From the human T2T-CHM13v2.0 reference genome, Homo sapiens, in assembly GCF_009914755.1 (NCBI RefSeq), contig NC_060935.1: a stretch of 64,000 bases of DNA; one strand, given 5' to 3'. Below are positions 17,566-33,072 of this stretch, one piece after another. A model generated the notes under the pieces. That model worked only from the letters and a program-made list of their open reading frames with translations. It was not told where the DNA came from and did no database searches. Within the stretch, counting starts at the first letter, position 1, and each line of letters starts with the position of its first letter. A program made the translations under genes and the position numbers.

Positions 17566-18389
17566 TATGAACAAAAGTTTTCTAGAGAAGAATTTGGAGG
17601 AAAGAGAGTTTATTCTAGTGAACAGATCGCAAACTGGGAGATGCTGCGTTGGTGTAAAATGAAGGTGCATTCCAGAGAGCAAAGAGAGAATCTAGTTTTT
17701 TGTTGTTGTTGTTGTTTTGTTTTTTAAATTTTGAGATGGAGTCTTGCTCTGTTTCCCAGGCTGGAGTGCAGTGGAGTGGCGTGATCTTGGCTTATTGCAA
17801 CCTCTGCCTCCGGGTTCAAGCGATTCTCCTGCTTCAGCATCCCGAGTAGCTGGGACTACAGGCACTTGCCACCACGCCCACACACCCTACTAATTTTTGT
17901 ATTTTTAGCAGAGACGGGGTTTTACCATGCTGGCCAGGCTTGTCTCGAACTCCTGACCTCAAGTGATCTACCCGCCTCAGCCTCCCAAAGTGCTGGGATT
18001 ACAGGCATGGCAGAATCTAGGTTTTTATAGCAAAATTTCTGGCCCATGTCCCCAATCAGGTTTGATTATGCAAATGAAGGGGGCGGGTCAAACTTGCTTA
18101 GTTCTGATTGGCTGACACAGCTGAGTTCTGATTGGTGATACAGCTGAGCCCTGATTGGTTGATACAGCTGAGCTCTGATTGGCTGAAGCAGACGAGCTCT
18201 GACTGCTTGGTTCATGTGAGCTCTGAAAGTCCCAAGTCAAAAGGGTGTGGGGTTTTGTGAAACTTGGAGTACGTAGTGTGACCTCTAGTCAGCAAATGGC
18301 CACTTGGCTGTATTTTAAATTTAGGTACACTTTGCTGCTTGGGGTCCATCTTGAGGGGATTGCCTTTTTCAGGTTCATGTTTGTTCACA
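17566..18389 (-). mobile_element. ERV1-class solo LTR (subfamily uncertain), interrupted by an Alu at 17696-18011
   Basis: Inverted termini t(a/g)tgaacaaa ... tttgttcaca; 4-bp TSD GAGC (17562-17565, 18390-18393); CCAAT repeats and TATA on the minus strand. Confidence 0.75.
18100..18200 (-). promoter_or_regulatory. Array of four ~24-bp units, each with a CCAAT box (three also with a CAGCTG E-box), inside the LTR
   Basis: Units agttctgattggctgacacagctg / agttctgattggtgatacagctg / agccctgattggttgatacagctg / agctctgattggctgaagcagacg. Confidence 0.6.
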
Positions 18390-18858
18390 GAGCCATTCAA
18401 AGTGCAGTGGATACATTATAAATTGTACAATTATTTGTAATTAAAAAAAGAACAACAGCAAAAAACCCAAAGTGCAGTGGATGCAAAGACCAATGGATTT
18501 TCATGTAACAGAATATGAAAAGTTCACCGACACAGTTTCACATTCCACGATGCAGAGAAGTTTTTAATAACTGCCATCCACATGTTGAGTTTTGGTGTAA
18601 CAGCAAAGAAAAATATCCACAACTACTGAAAAGGCTGAGAAAATACTCCCTTTCTCAACTGCATGTTTTTGTGTGAGTCCAGAATTTCTTTACATTATTG
18701 TAACAGAGTGAACGCAGAAGCAAATATGAGAATCCAGCTGTTTCTTACTAAGCAGACATTAAAGAGATTTGCAAATATCTAAAATAATGCTATCTCTCTC
18801 ACTTTTTTTTTTTTTTGTATTGGAAACATCATTTTCCATACAATGTCATTTATGTTAA

Positions 18859-19198
<340 letters not shown>

Positions 19199-19728
19199 CA
19201 ACAGATTTATTATAAGCAAAAGCTCTTTGGGGTCCTCAATAATTTTAAGAGCATAAAGGAGACCAAAAAGTTTAAGATGTGCTGGTCAAGACAGAGCCCT
19301 GTGGACTATGGAAGGGATTGAAGCCATTCTGTGGATCCTATAGGCTTCTTTTCTAAGCGAATGATTAGTGTTTATTCAGTAGCCCTATGTCAGGTGGTTT
19401 CTGTATGAATGAGAGGTTTGCCTTTCCAGCTGCGGCGGGGCTTTGGGCAAGTTGCTGTCTCTGTGCTCCTTCGTTTGCTCATGTGTTAAAAACTGGCCCA
19501 GGGGTCTGGGGGTGGGGTGGTAAGAAAATGGGTTGAGTCTCCTTCATCTCTAACATTTTCATGTTTAATTCTTGGAACCTCCACTTGTTAGCTCTGTTCA
19601 CTCCTCTGAAAGAGATTGGTGAGAATTGAAACAGTGAAAGAAGATTTTAGAGAAAAGGTGACATGTAAAGCTGAACAAGGGTTGCCTGTGAGGCAGGCAA
19701 AAAGGACATTTATTATATTTAAAAAAAA

Positions 19729-20014
19729 TTTTTTTTTTGAGACGGAGTCTCTGTCGCCCAGGCTGGAGTGCAGTGGCATGATCTCGGCTCATTGCAACCT
19801 CTGCCTCCCGGTTCAGCGATTCTCCTGCCTCAGCTTCCCGAGTAGCTGGGATTATAGGCACACACCACCATGCCTGGTTGATTTTTGTAGTTTTAGTAGA
19901 GACGGGGTTTCACCATGTTGACCAGGCTGGTCTGGAACTCCTGGCCTCAGGTGATCCACTCGCTTCGGCCTCCCAAAGTGTTGGGATTACAGGCGTGAGC
20001 CACCGTGCCCAGCC
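19729..20014 (-). mobile_element. AluS
   Basis: Alu consensus; flanking repeat aaaggacatttat. Confidence 0.88.
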
Positions 20015-22767
20015 CAGAAAGGACATTTATATGTGGGGACCACTGCATCTTGCAGATGGGTAAACTGAGGTAGCGACAGGTGAAGGCTCAGTTACATTCA
20101 TCCTGGGTCCCAGACTGTCTCCAACCTGTAGCCTGAAGCTTTGTTTCCTTCCTCCCTAGCCCAGGATGACAGCAGTGACCTTCCATGGGATCTTTTCCTG
20201 GGATTTATTGAGCCACTGAGGTCATTGGCCTCAGGCCACCTGCGTCTCTCGACTGACCAGTTATTCTTCAAGGAAGACACTGTGTGTGTGTGTGTTTTAG
20301 TTGCTCTTCTATAACTTCCGGGTGCTCTTCTCAGAGCAGCAGTGCTTTAAAAAATGTCTGTGTGTGTATTTCCCCACTTTGAGCCATGAAATATGTTCAG
20401 TCTGTTTTTTTTCTAGTCCAAAGTATTTCCATATCATTGTGCACCTGAGGAAATGCATACTTTGATAGAAAATGGACAAAAAAGTTGTATTGGTAGAATT
20501 AAATGAACTAATGCATGTCAAGCACTGAGCACTTTGACTCAATAGTAATAATAATAATAATAACACAATGTATCATTATGATAGTGTTATATCTCTTTAG
20601 CAATCTTGATAGTTGACTTGTATAATTCACAGTACAGAAGCTTATTCTAAAACTAAAATGCTTTGGTTCTCCTGTGTGCCAGGAACAGCAGTAAACTTTA
20701 TGTCCTAAGATTAGTATGGTTGGAAATGCATGTGGCAGTGGTTCCCAAACACTGGTGTGCAGATGGAACACAGCCCGTGAAGTTTTCAGCGGTCCTTGTT
20801 AAAAAGAGATAAAGGAAAGAGATAAAGGATAAAGTGCTGAGATTCTCGTGAAGCTAAATGAAGCTAAATAAACATCCTTCAATGAGAATATGTCCTTCCT
20901 ATAGTTTTTGGAGGAAAATATTTCCTTTTGTGAGACAAAAGTGTTAGTAGGTGGTAAGTACTTTTTATTTAGCATAGTACAAAGTTGTGGCCCTCTGTCA
21001 ACCCTTCACATTTTGGTGTGTGTAATGTTTGAAACTGCATTGGTCTGTAAAATCCCAAACCCAGGTAGATAAAACCAAGAAGTGACAGGGCTGGAAGGGA
21101 TCTTAGGAATTAGTTCATAAAGAACTTCAGGCTCAGAGAAGACATGTGAGTTGCCTAAGGTCACACAGCAAATCTGAAGCAAATCAGGGCTAGAAACCCA
21201 TAGACGATGGTCATGAGCACTGGTTTTGAGTCATCCATTTGAACACACCTGTGTTCAGATTCTACCTCTGTTACTTATGAGCTGATTTCTTACCTGTGAA
21301 AGTGGGATACCTACCCAAGGGGTTCACGGGAGGATTTAATAAGATGATTTGGATTAGGAAAAACTGACAAATTTCCCCTTCCTTCTTCTCCCTGCCTTCC
21401 CCTCACCTGTTAATAAATAGATCCTTGTGAAAGGTCAGTGAGCAGCATCAGCCAGAAGGGCTTTGTTTTCAGCAAGGTCCCTGCATGTATGATTACAATC
21501 CTAAGTAATATCAGCTGTTGCTTGCGTTGGTTTCTCAGCTCTCTCTTGGTGATCTCTCTCTTTAGCTGTTGAATGAGTTCAAAGATCTAGGAAGAGCTTT
21601 GAAACCCCTCTAGCAGCATTTCTGTCTCCAGTCCCAGCACAGGTCTTTGGAGGATGAGATAAAAAGGGTTTTGCCCAGGGTCAAATGCTGTGTACACGCT
21701 TGGTCACTCTTCCCTTTCTTGAGATGACATGTCCCCTTCTTGGAGACCCAAGATGATTGACAACAATAACATTCCTTTACAACGTTTTCTTCTCATCTAG
21801 AGCACTGGGAGGCTGCCTTTTAACAGAGATATCACAGAGTAGCAAGCATGCAGACATTCTCATGACATCCTGGCAGATATCAAGACCAAAGAACATCCCA
21901 TGTTCCCTCTTGAAGGCTTGTAATAACTGCCATAAATTATCTTGTGGGAATGGAGTGGCCCTGGCCTAAGCTGTGCTGTACCGGACTCTCCTGGTGACAG
22001 TTTTAGTGGCTGCATATGTTTGCAGAAGAAGGAAGCGTGGTAACTTGGCAAACAGCTCCAAACGCTCCTGGCTTGCTGCCACAGGATTGTCCTTGAGACT
22101 TGGGCACAGTGATGTGTGAAAAATGCCCACCTTTGCTCTTGGTGTCCAGTGGGCCTTCTATGGGCCCTCTATAGAGGTCATCACCTGGGGATTCCTGACT
22201 CTGGCCAGGTCCTGAGGTCTTTCCATGTTACTCTCCATGTTACTTGAGTAACATAAGAGCTTCTTATGGCTCTTATGTTCTGCAGGACGGATGAACTAGG
22301 TACCCAGGACAGGTCTGTTTGTGCACAAGGCTGTCTCCTTCTCCCCCTCCTTGGTTTTTCTACTGAGGCTTTGTTGTGCTTGGCTCAGGGTGATGTTAGC
22401 AAATGCACTCTCCACCCTGCTGTGCCACATTAAGGAAACGCATGTTGTATTGGCTTCTGCCAAGTCAGCTCACATGCTTTGTTTTAGTGACTCTGTGAAG
22501 AGCTCATCATCTATTATTTATTCAGGTAACACACTTCTATCTCCTAATTTCGGTGCTACTCCCATTTTTCATCCCCGGTTAGCGTGCTGTGCGCCAGGAG
22601 GGCTGCCTGTTGTCTTTAAGAACCACTTTGAACATTTTTGCTTTGGTTATTTATTCATACCAACATGTTGTTGTTAAATGACGTGAAATAAAACCCCATT
22701 TTAAAAAGAAATTGTAAAAGGAAGCTATGTCCTGTGTGGAAATCATGACAAGCCCAGAAACATGTTA

Positions 22768-23085
<318 letters not shown>

Positions 23086-25489
23086 CCACACACAACAAAA
23101 AATAAATATTGCCTGTACCTATCACCTGAGGAGCCCATTGTTAATGGTTGTGTGTCTTTTTAGTCTTTTAAAAAATGTGTTAAAAAATGTAGTTGTCATA
23201 ATGTCCGTATATAAATTTTTAAGTGGAGTTGATAGATTTCATTTGAAGGGCTGCTGTGTCATAAATGTAAAATGCTTAGCAAGGTGCTTGGCACCTGGAG
23301 CTGTTCACAGTAAATGGAAGGAATTTTTATGGAGGGTGTAAGGTAGAGTGGGCTCCTGAGCCAGACTGCCCTGTTCCAGGCCTGGCTCTGCTATATCTGG
23401 CTGCTAGAGCCTCGAGCCAGCCATTGAAGTGCAGTGCCTTCATTTCCCCACCTGTAAAATGGGGGTAATTATCATATACCCCAAAGTGCTGTCATAAGGA
23501 TTTAATGAAATATCCCATGTAAGATCCTTAGAGCACTGCTGCCGGATGGTCATCTCATAGTAGGTATTGGTTGTTATTATTCAGGAAAATGTTGGAAAAC
23601 ACATTTTTAAACAAAGCTGGTGTTCAGTCCCCTCCCTCCCCCCAACCAAGGAAACTCTCTTTAATTCCCAGTCTGCTGTGATTCAGTGCTGGCCTGGGAG
23701 CAGCCCTCGAGGGCAGACACAGCACTTGTCCCCTACCCAGCACAGCACCTGCCTGTGCATCCTTAGCTGATGAATGAGGCTCACAGCCCCAGGCGCCCTG
23801 CATCCTTCCCTTCTTTCTGGTACCCTCTTTTGTCTCCTCCAAACACTTGCTACTCAGGCTTCAGGGAGGAAGTAGGAAGTAGGAGGTGGTTTCTCCCTCC
23901 CAGACCCCCAGCTCACACTGGTCTTGAAGGGCGTGGCATCTGACAGAGCCCGGTGGCTGGTTTTCACGTGTCTCCTGAAGCCACCCCTAAGGAGAAGGCT
24001 TCGATGTCATCTTCTGGTCAGAGCCGAGCACAGTGGTCCTCTTCAGAGACAGATCCGTGCAGCAGGATGGCACCTCTGTTGTCCTCCCAGACTAGCAGTA
24101 GGTACACGTGGGCTTCGCAGGCTGTTTTCTGCCCTGGAATGCTGCTGTTTTTTAGACCCAGCATACCTCAGTGTCAGAGAAGGCTGGTTTGTTTGAAACG
24201 GTCAGAATGTCATAAATACCTTATGATGAACATTTTCCCAATTCGCTTAAATTCGAGAGGCCAGGAGTGTACCTTTCCCTTTCCTGAGAAGAGCATGGGC
24301 CACTGGCTTTTCCATCTTTGGTTCTCTCAGGTGCCTGTGCCCTGGAGCTGTCCGTCCCCTGGTCCTGCCCGCCTGGTCCTGTGGCCAGCACTCTCCACTG
24401 TGAGTCATTCAGGCCCAGTCCTTGTCCTGGTGGTGCATCTGCCTCATGATGTCAAGCACTGTGGGAAAGGCACCCAGCCTGCCCCACTCCAAAGGATGAG
24501 TATGGGGAGGTGGTGGTGCTTCTCAAACCCAAGGCTGTTTGTCATACCACATTCCGAAGACTTCAGATGAGGGCATTTACCTGTTTGCCTAGGAGGGGTT
24601 CTTCAATCTGCAATCCAGCAAACCCCTCCTTGATGAAAGGCGGAGGGTGTGTGGGCTTTTAGGGAACAGTTGTGCCCCGAGGAGGAAGGCGGGGCAATGT
24701 TAGGAGCCTCTGTGCCTTGGAGCTGCAGGCGAGTTGTCTGGTCTTGGGTGATTCCCTTCCTATGTTTGCATCTCAATTTTCCCTCTTGTAAAATGGAGCT
24801 GAGAGCATCCCTTATATCACAGGAATGTCATTAGGATTACTTAAGGTGTTGGAATGTTTCCTGGCCTAGGGGAAGAGCTCAGTAGAAGCTTGCTATTGCC
24901 CTAATATCATTACTATCCCAGATATGCATTTTCTTGTTATTTCCCTGTTAGGCGTTAAGTGTGTGAAAGTGTGTGTGTATATTTAAAAGGTCAAAGTAAA
25001 ATTCTTTAGAACCTTAGGGCAGGATAGCTCTTGTTTAGTTAGGGGTGTTTGGTGACTGCTGGAGAAGTCACCTACCCAGCTGATCTTACAATTACTGTCT
25101 GCTTAAAGGCAGCTCTTGACTTGGCCTTCTCTAGGGGAAAAACATGTAGTTTATGCAACTTTTCTTTTCCCTTTCTGCTCTGGATTTGACCTTTTGTTCC
25201 TTCAGGTGATTGAAAAAATTCGAAAAGTCACCTGTTTCCTCAGAATTGCTTTAAGACAAGACTAAGTGAACCAACAAGAATGAAGTCAGCTTTTTGGAAA
25301 TACCTCCCAAGAGGCCTTGCTCTTTATGCAGGACTGTTATTTCAAAGGATGGTGTCCCCTCCCCAACCATAAGAACGATCCAAACCTGTTTTCTGGGGCC
25401 CAGAGTTTGCTGAGGATAGGACTGGGCTGAAGCTTTCATTGCTGGTCTGTGGGGTAGAGGTAAGCCTCCCCTGTGAAGCTGGTAGGTTA

Positions 25490-26271
<782 letters not shown>

Positions 26272-26830
26272 TGAGTTTGACTTTTTGAAAATATTCCACC
26301 TATAAGTGAAGTTGTGCAGTGTTTGTCTTTATGTGTTTAGCATATTTCACTCAGCATAATGTCCTCCAGGCTCTGATGGGCACTTGGCTTGTTTCCATGT
26401 CTTGGCTATTGTGAATAGTGCCGCAATGAACATGGGCAAATTGCCGTGTTGAGTTAAGGAAGCTCTTTTCCAGTCTGAGTTTGCAAATAGCTTTTCATAT
26501 ATGAGCGTTGAATATTATCAAATGCTTTTCTGCATTCACTGAGATGACTTTATGTATTTAAAAAAATCTGATGGCCTATATTTTCTATTTCTAAACTACT
26601 CGTGTATTCCTGGTATAAATCAACTCAGTGTGTTACTCTCGTTTTTATACATAGCTGGATTCGTTTTCACTAATATTTTGTTTGAGATTTTTGCCTCAGT
26701 GATCATGTATGTGATTGCTCTGTAACTTTTCATTCACATTTTGTCCTTGTCTGTCCTGGTATCAAAGTTATATTGGCTTCATAGAATGAGGGAAATGTTT
26801 ATCCTTCTAAAAATATTTAGTAGAGTGGTC
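26272..26830 (-). mobile_element. Old L1M fragments
   Basis: attccacctataagtga ... tttcactcagcataatgtcctccagg ... ttggctattgtgaatagtgccgcaatgaacatgg; tcaaatgcttttctgcat ... ctggtatcaaagttatattggcttcatagaatgag. Confidence 0.7.
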
Positions 26831-29122
26831 TAAGATGAGAGTGTAAGTGAGTAAACTTTCTCAATCAAATATTTTGTGATATGTTTCAGGAATTTCATTA
26901 CATGTTTGGTTCAATTTTTAAAGCATTTCTTTTTATTATTTAAAACTTTTAGCATTGGTGACCATCCATGTGCTGCTTTTATTGCCAGCTTAACTTGTTT
27001 TTATGACATCTTCAGGAAGAAAACCTCTGCTGTCTATTTAATGGAGATGAATTGTTAAACTTTTACCATTTGCAACTACACGTCTCTATGAGTCAGACTT
27101 TTATTGATCGTGTACAACTAAATGAAACCCGGAAATGAAGGAAATGTAACAAGCGATTTTATGTATTTTTTGTTTGCTCAAATTGCCTTTATAAAATAGA
27201 TTGATACTCTATAATAAGCAAATGTTGTGAATTTGGAATTTTCAAATTGAGGCTTACTAATAATGTTAACTATTTTATCCGAGTTTATTTGGGTTTCTTA
27301 TAAAATGTAATTTCTCAAGAAGATTTTGCTGCCCTAAAAAAAAAAAAAAGAAAAAGAAAAAGACAAAAAGGGAAGCCACTGGTTGCTAATGGCTCCTGCG
27401 GCTCTGACGATCCTCGATGAAGTGTTCTTTGATTAAGTGTCAAGATGAGTGGTGCAGACCTTTGACAGACACATGATTGTGGTTGGAGAAAGCCCAGCAT
27501 TAACTGCTGACCTTGCCATCTGTGAGCAGGTGTTGAATGAGCTCAGTTCCCTCCCAGCCCTTCTTTTTCCCTGGTGGGTCATTGGCTCCTGAGTAAGATA
27601 GATGCATGCAATAGAAGAGCTGTTAATAGCATTTACTCTTTCTTAATCCTTATTAATCCCATTCATATTTCAGTGTCTGAAACTTGGCAGGATGTCAAGA
27701 AGCCACAGTGCAAGTAGGGAAATTGAACAGCAAGGACCAAGTACAATGTTCCCCTGATATTTAATTTGCTAAAACATGTAAGAAGAAGAAAGTTCTTACA
27801 TTGTTAGGTCCCAAAGAGAGTGCCACTAAGCAACCTTGCCAAAACCACCTTGCTGGAGCTTCTTATTATCTTTTTTTAGCGAATGGCAATAAAGTCATTT
27901 TGTCAAGCTAACCAAGTACCATAATGAGATCTTTGTGGCATAAATTAACCGAGTGGGGAAATAACTTTGACAGGGGTTGATGTCCGAAATGAAGTGTTGT
28001 TTGTCTGATGTCAAGCCTGTGGGGAATTTGAACCTTGCACTCTTTCCTGATAAGACATTAACCTCTGCATGGGCTTGCTGGCCCAACCTTTTGATTAACT
28101 GGACCTATTTTCTTGTAGATCTAATACAAGGATTTGGAGAACCCCAGTAAAATGCTGGAGGGACTTAGACTCTGATCTCTATTGGGATGTGTCAAATTGG
28201 AGATTTGGTGGGCTTTTCTGCCGTGTTTACTGCGATGGGTGTGTGTATTTGAAGTCTGTATGTGGCCTTTAAGGATGTGTTTGGGGCGCAGAAGTTCTGG
28301 GTAACAGAGAGGCTCTCAAACGTTAGATTTTGGATTAGACTTTGGGTCAACTTCAGGGTAGCAAGAGGATGGATACCCGAGAACATGTTTTCTCCGACTT
28401 CCTGGCCCCTGTCTTCTAAGTTCTGGGTAGTGATGGGTCTTTGGAGGGGCAGCCCTTTCTGCCATGTGAATCTTTGCCCAGCCCTGAGGGGGTGAGGGCT
28501 GGCCAAGGGAGCCGGGCCATGGTCGGAGAGAAGGCTGAGGCTCCTTGAGAAGCATTTGGAGTTTGAGTCAGTTGTGTCTTTTAAAAAAATTACCCATTTT
28601 GGACTTGCCTGTGGAAGCAATTAGAGAGATCACAGGACCGTTTCTGATTCCCAATTCTGTCCAGTGTCTATTCAGAAAAATAGAAAACAGTCAACTGGAA
28701 CAGGGGATTATTTGAGCACACACAGAGTCCTGTTGTCTCAGCAGCGTGCCCTCAGACAATTTGCCTTTTAGTGAAGTTTAAGCCCATGAAAGGAAATAAA
28801 AAGTGTTTTATTAGATGGCAAAGAAAGATGGACTGGACTTATGAGACTTTGAGAATTTTTGCTTTTTCTTTGTTAATGCAAACTTTGGAAGAGAGCAACT
28901 CTTTCTGTAATGCAATTTATTTGTACAATGTGGTAGTTATTGTTAATAGCTAATAATGATCTTCAACTGGGTAAAATACCATTGTGTGTTTGAGAGGGAG
29001 AGAGAGAGAGAAGGGTAGGAGGAGAGGGAGAATATCTTTTGTTCAAAGCCAAATGTTGCTACTTCTGAAGACGAGTGCACCTTATGGGTATAGCCAGCTA
29101 TAATGTTTATCAAACATATACT

Positions 29123-29498
<376 letters not shown>

Positions 29499-30287
29499 TG
29501 AATATGTGGAAACTGACACTTCAGGAGAATTGGTGGCTCACCCATGGCATTCAGCTAGTGGGTTATGGGGCAGAGACTCAAACTCAGCCCTGACTCCCAC
29601 AGCATTGTTCTTTTTCTGTAAATTGCTGACTTACTCAGTTGATCACAGTTCATTGCCGTTTACAGAATTTGTCTGCACCCATTGTGCCTTTTAAGTGTCG
29701 ATTTTCTTTCCTGAAAGCACACAAAGCAAAGCACGGCTCTGCAGTGTGACCCACCGTGTGCTGTGTGGACAGATGATGCTGGTCAGCAGGCAGGAAAACG
29801 ATCTGCCAGGCGCTGGGGGTGGGGCAGAGGATTGTTCTTCCTGACCTTGGTATGAAAACCGTATGGAGTTCTTAGTGAGGAAAATCACTCTTAGCCCAAA
29901 TTCCTGCGAAGGCCGATGGGATTGTTTTTAAGATTTGTTGGATTGCTGGATTTGTTGAAGGGAGAACTGGAAGAAGCTATCAGAAGTTTACAGGGCATCG
30001 GAGGGAGACACTCCCTTTGGCCACTTTCTCCGCCAAAACTATCCTGGTTTTAGCCCAACAGTTTCCCACGCCCGCCCCCACCCCCACAACCTTGTTTGTT
30101 TAAAGACCATTAAAGAACGTCTTCAATTTATTCTGGATTGAGTTTTCCTCAAACCAAACCACCCCTCAGTTCACCCCCCAGAGCTGTTGAGGCCCTTCCT
30201 GGGGGCTTGTGGCTGTGGCTGCCTCAGATCAGAGCAGACCCTGGGCTGCATCATCCTTCCACATTGTCTCTCTAAAGTACCTGAAGC

Positions 30288-30435
30288 CAGTAGTTCTCAA
30301 ACTTTGGAGAGGGTTTTGAGTCACCTCGAGAGCTGATAAGAACAGAGGCCCAGATTGAAGTTGAATAGTGCTGGGCCTTTGTTTTTACCAAGTTCCCTGG
30401 ATGGTTCTGCTACCTCCTAGCCTGTGAGAACTACT
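30288..30435. mobile_element. MER5-type hAT-Charlie MITE hosting MIR3161
   Basis: Terminal inverted repeats cagtagttctca ... tgagaactact and a palindromic interior. Confidence 0.75.
30324..30400 (+). ncRNA. MIR3161: pre-miRNA hairpin MIR3161 (mature arm about 30333-30355, CTGATAAGAACAGAGGCCCAGAT)
   Basis: Arms gataagaacagaggcccag and ctgggcctttgtttttacc are near-complementary. The sequence is recognised from memory as hsa-mir-3161, which is annotated in PTPRJ intron 1. Confidence 0.85.
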
Positions 30436-31077
30436 CCTTTGTGATTTCTTGCCATTGAAATTTTTTCTCACCTTCTTCTTGGCTTGAGTGCTCTTCTGGG
30501 TTCCTTCCGGCTGTCCAAATCAAATTTAATTTTCACACCCAGACCTTGTCCCTGCTCTCATCCTTCAGCCCACCCTCCTGTTCCCCATTCAGCCAGACCC
30601 CCTGCCAGTCAGTTCAAGTGCTAGGCATGGGGTATCGAGTCTCAGGCCGGTCCACAGACATTCCAGCACCTGGTGGTAAGAGGTGAGTGCTGCGTGGACC
30701 CACTGAGGAAGGCTCTGGCTGTGCTGGGGGAGGGGAGTTTATGCTCGTCCTCATAGAAGGATAAGCAGGAATTAAGTGGGCAAAGGAGGGAGTGAGGAAG
30801 CTCTCACTTTCTAGGTAGTAGGACCAGCATGAACCAAGGTAGGGGATGACAACATGGCTCATTCAGGGAATTTGAGGTATGTTGATACATGGAAAAATGT
30901 ACCTGAAATGTGAGTCCTGCTTTTGTGACTCACCCTTTCCTTTACATAAGCATTGATTTACATCTGTTGTTTTTTAAGATAGTGTGTATGTTGAAAAGTT
31001 CAGAACAAGATCAAGTGGAGACATAAAATGGTAAGATGTGAAAAGTTGTTCTTGCCAGATTAAATGGTTCCACCTGA

Positions 31078-31380
<303 letters not shown>

Positions 31381-31947
31381 GAATTTTTTTTTGTTTTGTT
31401 TATTTATTTCTTGGTTTTGCTGGCCTTTAAGCAACCCAAGACTAGGGGGCTTTCACTCCGTCCCTAGAGAGCTCAAAGGGCCTGACTTAGGGGACACAGT
31501 CAGTGAAGGGGATGAATGAATGAGTTTCAGATCCAGGTGTTCTGGATAAGTCACTTTACCTTTCTGGGCCTTTTTCCTCAACTCCAAACAGAGGATGTCG
31601 GTATAGACAATCCCTAGGATCTTGTCCCCTTTATGACTGATCACACAGTTCCACTGCTTGCCCTTGAGGCTTTGGTGTCCGCGCATGCCTATTCAGTCTG
31701 ACCCACAAGAGGCCAGGCCAGCTCTGTTCCAGGCCCTGAAAATCCCATTAAAACTCCACTCACTAGCCTGTTCCCTGGGGGTGCTGAATCAGCATTTAAT
31801 GGGGAAGGCCACGAGCTAGGCTCTGGTGGGTAGGAAGTGTGTGACTTCTCTTACCTCAACAGTTTCTACTGTAACTAGCGGGATAAGGTAAATCTATGGA
31901 AATGCAAGGCTTATGCCGAGGCTCACAGAGTGGGCCAGGCTGCATAA

Positions 31948-32362
<415 letters not shown>

Positions 32363-32754
32363 TTTATCTCTTAAATAACCTGTATTCATTTGTTCCTTCC
32401 CATGTCTTATCCACCAAAAATCTCCAATTGGAAATTCAGACAAGGATTGAGACCCTGTGTTCTTAAATTGGGTTGATTGAAATCTAGAAACAATGATAGT
32501 AATAACAGAGTTATCTTCTCTCGAACATCTGCCTCCTGCCTGATGTTATTTCGCTTAATTCTCTCAAGGGCTTGAGGAGAGTCCTGCCATAATCCTTCCT
32601 TTCAGAGGGGAAGATCGAAATTTAGCTCAGATCTCAAGCTAGTAATCATCAGAACCAGGATATAGAATCAGGACTAGACCACATGGTCCCTGCTCTGAGC
32701 TGCTGCGGGTCCATCCCTGTGGCTCTGTCCAGGGTAAATGGATGATTCAGGGGA

Positions 32755-33072
32755 AGGGTCAGCAAACTATAGCCCATGGGCCAAATGCAGCCACTGCTTG
32801 TTTTTGGGTGGCCCAAGAGCCAAGAATAGTTTCCACATTTTTAAATGGGTGGAGAAAACAAAATCTACAAAGAATAATGTTTCATGACACATGAAAATTA
32901 TGTAAAATATACATTTAACGCTTGTAAGTAAAGTTCTGTTGGAACTCAGCTACAGTCGTTAGTTTACATATCATCGATGGCTGGTTTCGCAGTACAAGGG
33001 CACAGTTTAAAGCCTGCCAGGCCTAAAATGTTTACTGTCTGGCCTATTACAGAAGACGTTTGCTGACCCCTG
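32755..33072. mobile_element. MER58-type hAT-Charlie element
   Basis: TIRs agggtcagcaaact ... gtttgctgacccctg. Confidence 0.78.

Noticed and set aside
18100-18200. Regularly spaced ~24-bp repeats resembling a CRISPR-like array
   Set aside because: No unique spacers; these are simple tandem units inside a eukaryotic LTR.
23953-24570. Longest ORF in the window (205 aa)
   Set aside because: Non-ATG start, no recognisable homology, and low-information composition in GC-richer intron.
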